From Chitinophaga pinensis (GTDB lineage Bacteria; Bacteroidota; Bacteroidia; B-17B0; Aurantibacillaceae), in the NCBI GenBank assembly GCA_945887955.1, contig CAMCZO010000002.1, positions 16,941 through 80,940 of the forward strand: DNA of 64,000 nt, written 5' to 3'. Position 1 is the first letter of the stretch. Each line of letters opens with the position of its first letter. The position numbers and the translations under genes are program-made. Below are positions 19,677-28,890 of the stretch, piece by piece. A model generated the notes under the pieces. That model did no database searches, was not told where the DNA came from, and saw nothing but the letters and a program-made list of their open reading frames with translations.

Positions 19677-22600
19677 ATGAAAAAAATAATCCTGTTATTC
19701 ATTTTTGCATTATTAATTAATAAAATAGAAGCTCAGCAAGTTGGAGATACTATAGTTGTAAAAGGTTTTAAATATGGAAGCACAACTCGCGACACGATTC
19801 TCAATTTTCCAAACTCAAATTTGACCTTTGAAAAAATAATTTTACGTTATAACATGCGTTGTAAAAACAACTTAGTTTCTACCCAAGCAGCCCCTAATCA
19901 AGGCTGTGGCGAATGGGATTATTCATGCAACACATTCATTATCGATTCAAGTAAAATTGAAAATGCTTTAAATACAACGCCTAATTATGTTATTTCAAAT
20001 TTTTCGGGTAATACATTTAGTTACACTTCACAATTTTTATATGATTATTATAATTTTAGTCAAACTAATGTGGTTTTAAATTCAATCCTTAGCGAAAATC
20101 AATATACCCTTGGAACTGGAAATACACCTGCTCCAAATGTTTTAAAATCGAATGAAAAATCAGGAAAGTCTCAAATTTTATATACAGCTGCAGAATTATT
20201 AGCTGCTGGATTTACTGCAGGAAACATAAATGGAATTATATTAAATGTTGCAAACGCTGGAGGAATAGTAAACTTTTTTAAAGTAAATATGCAACAAACT
20301 TCAAACTCAGCATTAAATTCAAATTCACTTGTTTTAAATGGCTTTACTAATGTTTATAATAGTAATTTCAATTTTGCCTCAGGAAATAATAGAATACAAT
20401 TTCATAGTCCTTTTATTTGGAATGGGACGAGTAATATTTTAATTGAATTCTCATTTACAAATACAAATCCATCGAGTCAAATTATATTTAATGGTGTTAC
20501 AAGCCCATCTATAAATGCAATTTATGCAAATAATAATTATGCTATAGACCTTTCATTACTTGGGCATGTTAATTTAAACGCCAATGCACTTTCTAGCATA
20601 TCAAATGAACTTACCGTTTCATTTTGGGTTTATGGAAATTCAAGCATGATGCCTACTCAAACTTCAATTGTATATGGATATGGAGCAAGTTCAACACAAA
20701 GAAATTTAAATGTGCATTTACCTTGGAGTGATGGAAGCATTTATTATGATTGTGGTTATAGCAATGGTGGATATGACCGAATAAATAGCGTTGCAACAGC
20801 TACCCAACAAGGAGGACAATGGAACCATTGGACTTTTACAAAAAATTCTACAACTGGTGACATGAAAATTTATTTAAATGGGAACATTTGGACTTCAGGT
20901 ACAGCTAAAACAAAACCAATCTCTATTTTAACTTTAATTTTAGGTAAAGACAATAATCTTCTCAACAACTATAAAGGAAAATTAAATGAATTTACAATTT
21001 GGAATAAAGAATTATCTCAGTCAGACATTAATGCATGGATGAACGTACCAATAAATGCGACACATCCTTTTTACTCAAATTTGATTGCTTATTATAAAAT
21101 GGCCGAAGGAAATGGATTAAATATAAACGAAACAAAAAACAATTTACAATCTACAGGTATAAATCTTAAATGGACCTATGACAGAGGGAGTAATTTAACG
21201 AGAATGTTTAATGAGACTAATATTAAACCAAATATACGGTTTTTAAGAGGCAACTATTCTTCAACCACAAATACAGTTATAGTAAAAGATTCTGTTCTTC
21301 GTTTTCCGAATGTTGTTCAGCAATACTCGATTAGCTCAAATGCCAGTATTACGCCAATTACAGATGATATAATTAATTTAGTTGCTACAACTAATTTATA
21401 TCAAGCCACTCCATTAAATATTTATAATGGAGATACAGGATTATTAACAGGAACTATTTCTGTTCCTTCGACTGGTGTAATTAATATCATTAATTTAAAT
21501 TATTATAAACGATATCCATTTTATAATGAAATCATGTCGTTTGTTACTCCCTATGGAAAAGGATTAAATTTAGGAGCTACCGGGAAAACTTGGTTTTTTG
21601 ATGTGTCAGATTTTGCGCCAATTTTGAAGGGAAACAAAAAAATATCCATTGCTTTAGGTGGACAAAATCAAGAACAAATGGATTTAGATTTTTGGTTTAT
21701 TGTCGGAACACCGCCTAAACCAGTGTTGGCATTCAATCAGCTTTGGCAAGGCGCTGCAAGAGCAGGAGGTGCTGGTATAGCGAGTATAAATAACGACAGT
21801 CGTTTTGAATTGTTAAACGTTCCTATTTTAAATACAGCACAATCCTTTAAACTACGCTCAACAATTACAGGTCACGGTTCTCAGGGAGAATTTCAACAAA
21901 ATGGCGGACAGATTAACCATTTTTTTAATGTTAACGGAGGTACAAACGAATACACATGGCAAATATCTCAGAAGTGTTCAACTAATCCTATTTTTCCTCA
22001 AGGCGGAACTTGGTTATATGATAGACAGGGATGGTGCCCAGGAAATTATTCATTATTAAAAGAATTAGATTTAACACCATATATCACACCAGGAAACACA
22101 GTAACATTAGATTATGGCTGTTCAAATCCTCCTAACCCTAATGGTGACTATAGATACATTGTAGCTAATCAATTAATTTCATATGGTCCAGCGAGTCATT
22201 CTTTAGATGCCCGAATCTTAGGGGTTCTTGCTCCTTCTGATAAAGTTGAATACTCAAGATCTAACCCAATATGTTCGAGTCCAAAAATTTTAGTTCAAAA
22301 TTCAGGAAGTACAACTTTAACTAATCTCGAAATTGAATACTGGATAAATAATAATATAAATGCAAAAGAAACTTATACCTGGACTGGTAATCTATTATTT
22401 ATGGATACCACAACCATATTATTACCAATTGCAAACTTATGGCAAAGTGGAATTTTATTAAATAATAATGTGTTTAATGCAACAATAAAAAAAGTTAATA
22501 CGATAACAGATCAATATGTCTATAATAATAATTATCGTTCTAAATTTAATGTTCCAATTACAATAAATAATTCCTTTATTATTGAGTTTAAAACAGGGGC

Positions 22601-23153
22601 AAATTTTAACGAAAATTCTTATTCAATTACAGATGATCAAGGCAACACTGTTGGATTAAGTAATTTTACTGCAGCAAACACAATTTACAACGACAATTAT
22701 ACTTTATTTAATGGCTGTTATACTTTAAGAGTTTTAGATTATGTAGGAGATGGATTATCCTGGTGGGCTAATACAGCCCAAGGAAATGGGTATGTTAAAT
22801 TAAGAAATAGTTTAGGGAATTTGATTAAATCTTTTGAACCTGATTTTGGAAGCAGTATTGAATATAATTTCACGGTTTCTAGTGGATCAAATGTTTCGTT
22901 TGATAAAAATAATTTTAATTCTAATTGGCGAATACATCCAAATCCTTCGCAAGGTAAATTTACAATCGAAATAAATGATTTAGAATTAACCGAATTAAAA
23001 ATTACTGATATTATAGGTCATAACATTGAAATCCCTTATGAAAAAAATATAAATTCCATGGAGTTTAATACAAGACTTGTAACACCAGGCGTTTATTTAG
23101 TTTCAATAAAAAATGGAACAAACTGGAGCGTAAAAAAAATTATCATTCAATAA
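19677..23153 (+). CDS. T9SS-secreted peptide-N-glycosidase F-like protein with inserted LamG domain
   Basis: Signal peptide (IEA-QQ); PNGase F motifs CGEWDY, FVTPYG, TITGHG..EF, WLYDRQGWCPG; LamG motifs (TVSFWV, WNHWTF, KIYLNG, LNEFTIWNKELS); type A CTD (IHPNPSQG..GVYLVSI..KKIIIQ). Confidence 0.85.
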   Translation: MKKIILLFIFALLINKIEAQQVGDTIVVKGFKYGSTTRDTILNFPNSNLTFEKIILRYNMRCKNNLVSTQAAPNQGCGEWDYSCNTFIIDSSKIENALNTTPNYVISNFSGNTFSYTSQFLYDYYNFSQTNVVLNSILSENQYTLGTGNTPAPNVLKSNEKSGKSQILYTAAELLAAGFTAGNINGIILNVANAGGIVNFFKVNMQQTSNSALNSNSLVLNGFTNVYNSNFNFASGNNRIQFHSPFIWNGTSNILIEFSFTNTNPSSQIIFNGVTSPSINAIYANNNYAIDLSLLGHVNLNANALSSISNELTVSFWVYGNSSMMPTQTSIVYGYGASSTQRNLNVHLPWSDGSIYYDCGYSNGGYDRINSVATATQQGGQWNHWTFTKNSTTGDMKIYLNGNIWTSGTAKTKPISILTLILGKDNNLLNNYKGKLNEFTIWNKELSQSDINAWMNVPINATHPFYSNLIAYYKMAEGNGLNINETKNNLQSTGINLKWTYDRGSNLTRMFNETNIKPNIRFLRGNYSSTTNTVIVKDSVLRFPNVVQQYSISSNASITPITDDIINLVATTNLYQATPLNIYNGDTGLLTGTISVPSTGVINIINLNYYKRYPFYNEIMSFVTPYGKGLNLGATGKTWFFDVSDFAPILKGNKKISIALGGQNQEQMDLDFWFIVGTPPKPVLAFNQLWQGAARAGGAGIASINNDSRFELLNVPILNTAQSFKLRSTITGHGSQGEFQQNGGQINHFFNVNGGTNEYTWQISQKCSTNPIFPQGGTWLYDRQGWCPGNYSLLKELDLTPYITPGNTVTLDYGCSNPPNPNGDYRYIVANQLISYGPASHSLDARILGVLAPSDKVEYSRSNPICSSPKILVQNSGSTTLTNLEIEYWINNNINAKETYTWTGNLLFMDTTTILLPIANLWQSGILLNNNVFNATIKKVNTITDQYVYNNNYRSKFNVPITINNSFIIEFKTGANFNENSYSITDDQGNTVGLSNFTAANTIYNDNYTLFNGCYTLRVLDYVGDGLSWWANTAQGNGYVKLRNSLGNLIKSFEPDFGSSIEYNFTVSSGSNVSFDKNNFNSNWRIHPNPSQGKFTIEINDLELTELKITDIIGHNIEIPYEKNINSMEFNTRLVTPGVYLVSIKNGTNWSVKKIIIQ

Positions 23154-23192
23154 TTCATTTGATTTTTTTACCTTTACTAAATATATAATTTT

Positions 23193-23840
23193 ATGTCACA
23201 TCTTATTGCTCCTTCTGTTTTGTCAGCCAATTTTGGTAATTTAAACAAAGACATAGAACTAATTAACAGGAGTGATGCGGATTGGTTTCATTTAGATGTT
23301 ATGGATGGAGTTTTTGTTCCTAATATTTCTTTTGGATTTCCAATTATAAAAGCCATAAAAAAATTGTCTACAAAACCACTCGATGTTCATTTAATGATTG
23401 TGAATCCTGATAATTATACTCTAGCTTTTAAAGAAGTTGGAGCCGACATTCTTACTGTTCATTTAGAAGCTTGTTCACATTTACATCGAAGCATACAAAA
23501 CATTAAAAACTTGGGTATGAAAGTAGGAGTTGCTATCAATCCTCATACTCCAATTGAGTCTCTAAAAGATATAATTTCGGATATTGATTTAGTTTGTTTG
23601 ATGAGTGTTAATCCGGGGTTTGGAGGGCAAAAATTTATTGAAAATACTTTTGAGAAAGTTAGAGATTTAAAAATACTCATCGAACAAAAAAAATCTAAAG
23701 CTTTAATAGAAATTGATGGGGGCGTGGATTTAAAAAATTATAAAAAACTAATTGAATCTGGCGCTAACGTTTTGGTTGCTGGCAATACTGTATTTAATTC
23801 CGAAAATCCAACAGAGACTATTAAACTATTAAAGGCTTAA
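23193..23840 (+). CDS. rpe: Ribulose-phosphate 3-epimerase
   Basis: IAPSVLSA, HLDVMDGVFVPNISFG, LDVHLMI, MSVNPGFGGQ, IEIDGG. Confidence 0.97.
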   Translation: MSHLIAPSVLSANFGNLNKDIELINRSDADWFHLDVMDGVFVPNISFGFPIIKAIKKLSTKPLDVHLMIVNPDNYTLAFKEVGADILTVHLEACSHLHRSIQNIKNLGMKVGVAINPHTPIESLKDIISDIDLVCLMSVNPGFGGQKFIENTFEKVRDLKILIEQKKSKALIEIDGGVDLKNYKKLIESGANVLVAGNTVFNSENPTETIKLLKA

Positions 23841-23862
23841 TCTTTTTAATAATATGTAAACA

Positions 23863-24870
23863 ATGAAACTGAATTGCTTCGCATATTTATTTTGTATACT
23901 TGTATTTTATAATTGTAAAAAAGAAAATACAAAAACATCCGATGATCCGCCTATTATTCAAAAAATCGACTCATTACTATTAAATTGCGAAAAATTACCA
24001 GCTACACCTCAACCTTTTGGATGGCAAGATTCGACCATCAACGAAAACAAAAATATTAATGCGTTTTTCTACAATCCATTAAATAATTTCGAAATTATTT
24101 ATCAAGTTAACGGTGACATATTTGGTTACAACAAAGTGTTTTTGTATAATACAAATACAAAACAAAATTTATTTTTATTTAATAATGGAAATTACCAAGC
24201 TCAAATAAATAATAAAGGTTGGATTGTATTTAACAGTAATGATAATAATATCTTTAAAATCAAGGCAAATGGAGATAGCTTAAAACAACTTACTTTTAAC
24301 AATATCAGTAACGATCCTAAATGGGATTATACTAACACAACTATTTATTTTTTTAAAAAAGCAACTTTATCATCACCATCTCTTCTCACACAAATTAATA
24401 CAAAAGGACAAGAATTAAATAGTGTGCCTATAGAATATACTAATTCTGCATTTGCAAAAAAAACAAGTAAATTATTTTATTTAAAAAACTTCAGTAATCG
24501 AGTAACTGTCTTTTTAAAAGACATTGCAACAAATAGCGAAACTTTAATAATTTCTTCAAATAAACAATCGAATATTCAACAAAATGATTTTTTTAATTTA
24601 TCCATTGATAATACTGATGAGAATATGTATTGGACAAATTTTGATGGGATTTATAAATATAATCTATCAAATTCAAAAATAGACACCTTGTATAAAAATT
24701 GCGAAAATTCACTTTTTATTAATCCCATACTATCAATTAAAAATAACAAAATGACATTTGTTCACAAAAAAATTAAGGTAATCAATAACAACATTCTTTT
24801 TTATACTTACAAAAGCTACCAATTAGATCTAATCACAAAAGAAAGAGAACGAATAGAAATTTATCCTTAA
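23863..24870 (+). CDS. Lipoprotein, probable TolB-like beta-propeller
   Basis: Lipobox LVFYN-C-KKEN; LKQLTF..SNDPKWD resembles a PD40/TolB repeat. Confidence 0.7.
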   Translation: MKLNCFAYLFCILVFYNCKKENTKTSDDPPIIQKIDSLLLNCEKLPATPQPFGWQDSTINENKNINAFFYNPLNNFEIIYQVNGDIFGYNKVFLYNTNTKQNLFLFNNGNYQAQINNKGWIVFNSNDNNIFKIKANGDSLKQLTFNNISNDPKWDYTNTTIYFFKKATLSSPSLLTQINTKGQELNSVPIEYTNSAFAKKTSKLFYLKNFSNRVTVFLKDIATNSETLIISSNKQSNIQQNDFFNLSIDNTDENMYWTNFDGIYKYNLSNSKIDTLYKNCENSLFINPILSIKNNKMTFVHKKIKVINNNILFYTYKSYQLDLITKERERIEIYP

Positions 24871-26774
24871 TTTTTATTTAAGTAATATCCTTTTTCGCTC
24901 GATTTAATTATTCCATCATCTATCATCTCGTTAAAAATTTTTATCCAACTAACACTATTAAGATTTTTCATATGAAAATTTAATTGCTCTAGCGAATATA
25001 AATTATGTGTTAATACCAGTATTATTTGTTGTTTTATTTTTTCTAAATCTTTTTGTCGATTATTTATACAAACATCACAGTGGCCACAATTGCTATAATC
25101 AATTTCATTAAAATACATTAACAGCTGAACTTGCCTACACAATTTATCATTTTCTGTATAATCAATCACAGATTGTATTCTCTCCGAATAACGTTGCTTT
25201 AAATGATAATAATTATTCGGATTAAATTCTAAATATTTTCCATTAATCCGATCTTGATTAAAAAAAAGTTTAGGTAAAGAAGATTGTGGAATAAAAGATA
25301 ATATTTGTTGTTTATCTAAATATTCTAAATTTTCTTTTACTAATTGAACATTAGTTTTGGTTCTAAAAGCTAAGTCTTTCTCCTTAATATTTCCATAATT
25401 TTCGAATAAACCGCCGTAGCTTCTTAATAGTGTTTTAATTAATAACTCATATTTAGGAAACCGAATTTGAAATAAATAAAGTTCTTCTTTGCTAGATAAA
25501 AACATTATTTTAGAAGGCTCATAACCACCATCTAAATAAGAAATATAATTTTCTTTTTCAAGAAATTTAATGCTGTTATAAACTAATAAAGGCAAAAGAT
25601 TATAGCTATTACATAACTTATCAATATCAAACTCTACACTAAATCCCTGGCCCGAACCAACAGCAATTTGAAAATAATTGCATATTGCCTGATAAGTTTG
25701 TTTAATATAATCTAAATCAGGAAAAGCAAACTTGAAATTATCTAATAACCTTTGTTGATCTGCTTTGGTATAAAAAATAGTAGAATAGGCAAATTTTCCA
25801 TCTCTACCTGCCCTACCCGCTTCCTGAAAATAAGCCTCCAAACTTTCGGGCAAATCGAGATGTACCACAAATTTAACATCGGGTTTATCTATCCCCATTC
25901 CAAAAGCATTGGTAGCAACAATTACTTGAATTTTATTTTCGATCCATTGATCTTGTATATTTTGTCGATCCTCAAATTTTAATCCAGCATGATAAGCTAA
26001 AGATGATATTTTATTTTTTTTTAGAAACAATGCTAAATCTTCAGTCTTTTTTCTATTCCTAACGTAAATTATTCCAGAACCTCCAATATTTGATATTAAT
26101 TTTTGCAAACGAATAATTTTATTTTCTTCGTATTGAACAACATATCTTAAATCATTTCGAACAAAAGATTGCCTAAACACTTTTTGATTTTTAAAGGCTA
26201 ATTGATTTTGGATATCATCAGCAACAACTTTAGTTGCACTTGCTGTTAATGCAATAATATTAACATCTTGAAAATAAGATCTTAATTCGGCAATTTTAAG
26301 ATAACTTGGCCTAAAATCATAACCCCATTGAGATATACAGTGCGCCTCATCTACCGCAATTAAATTAATTGGGAGATAAGATAACTTTTGTCTAAAATTC
26401 TCATTTTGTAGTCGTTCAGGAGAAATATACACAAACTGAACATGACCTAATGCTGCATTATTCATAGCAACATCAATTTCATTGTAATGCATAGCTGCTG
26501 AAATAGATATTGCAGAAAAACCCTTTTTTTTTAAATTTTGAACTTGGTCATTCATTAAGGCAATTAAAGGGGAAATTACTAAAGTTGTGCCTCCCAAAAC
26601 AAGAGAAGGAATTTGAAAACAAATAGATTTTCCACTTCCAGTAGGCATCAGGCCTAATGTGTCATTTTTATTTAAAATAGATAAAATAATATCCTCCTGT
26701 AAACCCCTAAATTGATCGAAGCCCCAGTGTTTCTTTAATAGATGATGGATATTTTGCTTTATATTTAAATTCAA
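24867..26774 (-). CDS. recQ: RecQ-family ATP-dependent DNA helicase (no recognisable HRDC domain)
   Basis: MPTGSGKS, VDEAHCISQWGYDFRP, ATNAFGMGIDK, QEAGRAGRDG, CR..CGHCDVC Zn module. Confidence 0.93.
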   Translation of the reverse strand: MNLNIKQNIHHLLKKHWGFDQFRGLQEDIILSILNKNDTLGLMPTGSGKSICFQIPSLVLGGTTLVISPLIALMNDQVQNLKKKGFSAISISAAMHYNEIDVAMNNAALGHVQFVYISPERLQNENFRQKLSYLPINLIAVDEAHCISQWGYDFRPSYLKIAELRSYFQDVNIIALTASATKVVADDIQNQLAFKNQKVFRQSFVRNDLRYVVQYEENKIIRLQKLISNIGGSGIIYVRNRKKTEDLALFLKKNKISSLAYHAGLKFEDRQNIQDQWIENKIQVIVATNAFGMGIDKPDVKFVVHLDLPESLEAYFQEAGRAGRDGKFAYSTIFYTKADQQRLLDNFKFAFPDLDYIKQTYQAICNYFQIAVGSGQGFSVEFDIDKLCNSYNLLPLLVYNSIKFLEKENYISYLDGGYEPSKIMFLSSKEELYLFQIRFPKYELLIKTLLRSYGGLFENYGNIKEKDLAFRTKTNVQLVKENLEYLDKQQILSFIPQSSLPKLFFNQDRINGKYLEFNPNNYYHLKQRYSERIQSVIDYTENDKLCRQVQLLMYFNEIDYSNCGHCDVCINNRQKDLEKIKQQIILVLTHNLYSLEQLNFHMKNLNSVSWIKIFNEMIDDGIIKSSEKGYYLNKN

Positions 26775-26942
26775 AATTAAAACCTATTCTGATTACCATT
26801 TTTTGCAAATTACGAACTATTTGCCAATTTAATTAAACGAAAATAAGTTATAATTAATCTATTTTAGACATTAAATTTAAAAAATATTAATGCTATTATT
26901 ACATTGTAAAAAATTTATAATTAATTTATTTGCTATTTTATA

Positions 26943-28838
26943 ATGACTTTAGGATACCTCCAGCAATTAATTATTTTAGTTAAAAGATTACTCGTTTGTT
27001 ATTTCGTTTATCTTATTTGTAGACTTGCCTTTTTTTGGGGAAATATAAAATATTTTAGCGAAACAACTAGCCTTGATTTATTAAGAAACTGCTTATTGGG
27101 ATTAAGATTTGATACATTCAGCATTTTTGTAGGAAGCAGTCTTTTTATTTTATTATCTCTCCTCCCAATTAATTTGTTTTATAAATTAAGTTATCAAAAA
27201 ATCCTTAAATGGCTTTTCATAATACCAAATTCTATTTTTATTTTAACTAATTGCATAGACATAGGCTATTTTCCTTATATAAAAAAAAGATCTAGTTCTG
27301 ATTTATTTCATCAACTTGCTGGTCAAAGCGACATAAGTAGATTATTACCACACTATTTGAAAGAAAATTGGTGGATTGTAATTTTATACTTTTTACTTGT
27401 TTTAATTTTAATTTTAGGCTATTCTCGAATTAAATTATTAAAAGAATCTGATTTAAAAAAACAAACGAAAAAACAATGGTTAACTATTATACTAGTTTTT
27501 ATTATCAGCAGTGGTCTTGTTGTTTTAGGCATTAGGGGTGGCATGCAAAGAATACCAATCGATATTGTTAATGCAGGATCAATGACAAAAATATCAGAAG
27601 TTCCTATTCTTTTAAATACACCATTTACATTAATCAAATCAATCGACCATCAGACGCTTCAAGAATACGAATTCTACAATACTTCTCAATTAAATTCTAT
27701 TTATTCTCCCTTACACCATTTTAAATCACTAAAATTTAAAAAAGAAAATGTTGTTGTAATTATTTTAGAAAGTTTTTCTAAAGAATATACAAGTTTGGGA
27801 GGAGGAAAAAGCTTAACCCCTTTTTTGGATAGCTTAATGGGACAATCATTAACTTTTATTAATGGTTTTTCTAATGGCACAAAATCTATTGAAGGTATTC
27901 CAGCAATTTTATCTAGCCTTCCTTCTCTTTATGAAAACCCATTTATAAATTCAATTTACGCCAATAATTATCAAAGCTCATTTGCTACTATTTTAAGTAA
28001 AGAAGGCTATAAAACTGCTTTTTTTCATGGAGGAATAAATGGCACAATGAATTTTGATGACTGGTCTCCTTTAGCTGGATATGAAGATTATTTTGGAAAA
28101 AATGAATACAATAACAATTCTGATTTTGATGGATATTGGGGCATTTGGGATGAACCTTTTTTGCAATACAGCGTTAAGAAAATGAGCCAGTTTAAAGAAC
28201 CTTTCCATTCAGCAATATTTACATTGAGCTCACATCATCCTTATTTTGTTCCTGATAAATATAAAAATAAATTTCCAAGAGGTTATTTAGAAAATTCAGA
28301 ATGTATAGGCTATGCTGATTATTCTTTGAGACAATTTTTTGATTCTGCAAAAAAAACAAAATGGTACAACAACACACTTTTTATTCTTACAGCAGATCAC
28401 GGGAGTCTTTCTAAAAATTCATTTTACAATAATCCTGTTGGTAATCTTACCATTCCAATTCTTTTTTTTAAACCAGATAATTCATTAAAAAAACAAAATA
28501 ATTTTGCATTTTCACAAATAGACATTTTACCAAGTGCTCTCAATTATTTGGGATATAATAAGCCATTTTTTGCTTTTGGAAATTCATACAAAGACGAAAC
28601 TAATGGCCATGATTATTTTTATCAAAACGGCACCTACTTTTCATATTCTGACTCGATTGTTTTTTATTTTAATCAAAATAAAATTAATGCAGTTTATAAT
28701 TTCAAACAAGATAGTAATTTAACTAAATCAATTCAAAATCAATACCCTAAAATAGATTCAATCTATACAGCCAAGTATCGAGCCTTTATTCAAACATACC
28801 ATCACACCCTAATTTCCAATTCGGGACATGCAAAATAA
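26943..28838 (+). CDS. LTA synthase / sulfatase-family membrane phosphotransferase
   Basis: Five N-terminal TM segments; VIILESFS, SSHHPY, YADYSL, TADH. Confidence 0.9.
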   Translation: MTLGYLQQLIILVKRLLVCYFVYLICRLAFFWGNIKYFSETTSLDLLRNCLLGLRFDTFSIFVGSSLFILLSLLPINLFYKLSYQKILKWLFIIPNSIFILTNCIDIGYFPYIKKRSSSDLFHQLAGQSDISRLLPHYLKENWWIVILYFLLVLILILGYSRIKLLKESDLKKQTKKQWLTIILVFIISSGLVVLGIRGGMQRIPIDIVNAGSMTKISEVPILLNTPFTLIKSIDHQTLQEYEFYNTSQLNSIYSPLHHFKSLKFKKENVVVIILESFSKEYTSLGGGKSLTPFLDSLMGQSLTFINGFSNGTKSIEGIPAILSSLPSLYENPFINSIYANNYQSSFATILSKEGYKTAFFHGGINGTMNFDDWSPLAGYEDYFGKNEYNNNSDFDGYWGIWDEPFLQYSVKKMSQFKEPFHSAIFTLSSHHPYFVPDKYKNKFPRGYLENSECIGYADYSLRQFFDSAKKTKWYNNTLFILTADHGSLSKNSFYNNPVGNLTIPILFFKPDNSLKKQNNFAFSQIDILPSALNYLGYNKPFFAFGNSYKDETNGHDYFYQNGTYFSYSDSIVFYFNQNKINAVYNFKQDSNLTKSIQNQYPKIDSIYTAKYRAFIQTYHHTLISNSGHAK

Positions 28839-28890
28839 TTGATTTATATAGTAATAATATCTATGTATATTCGTTAACTGATTATAATTT

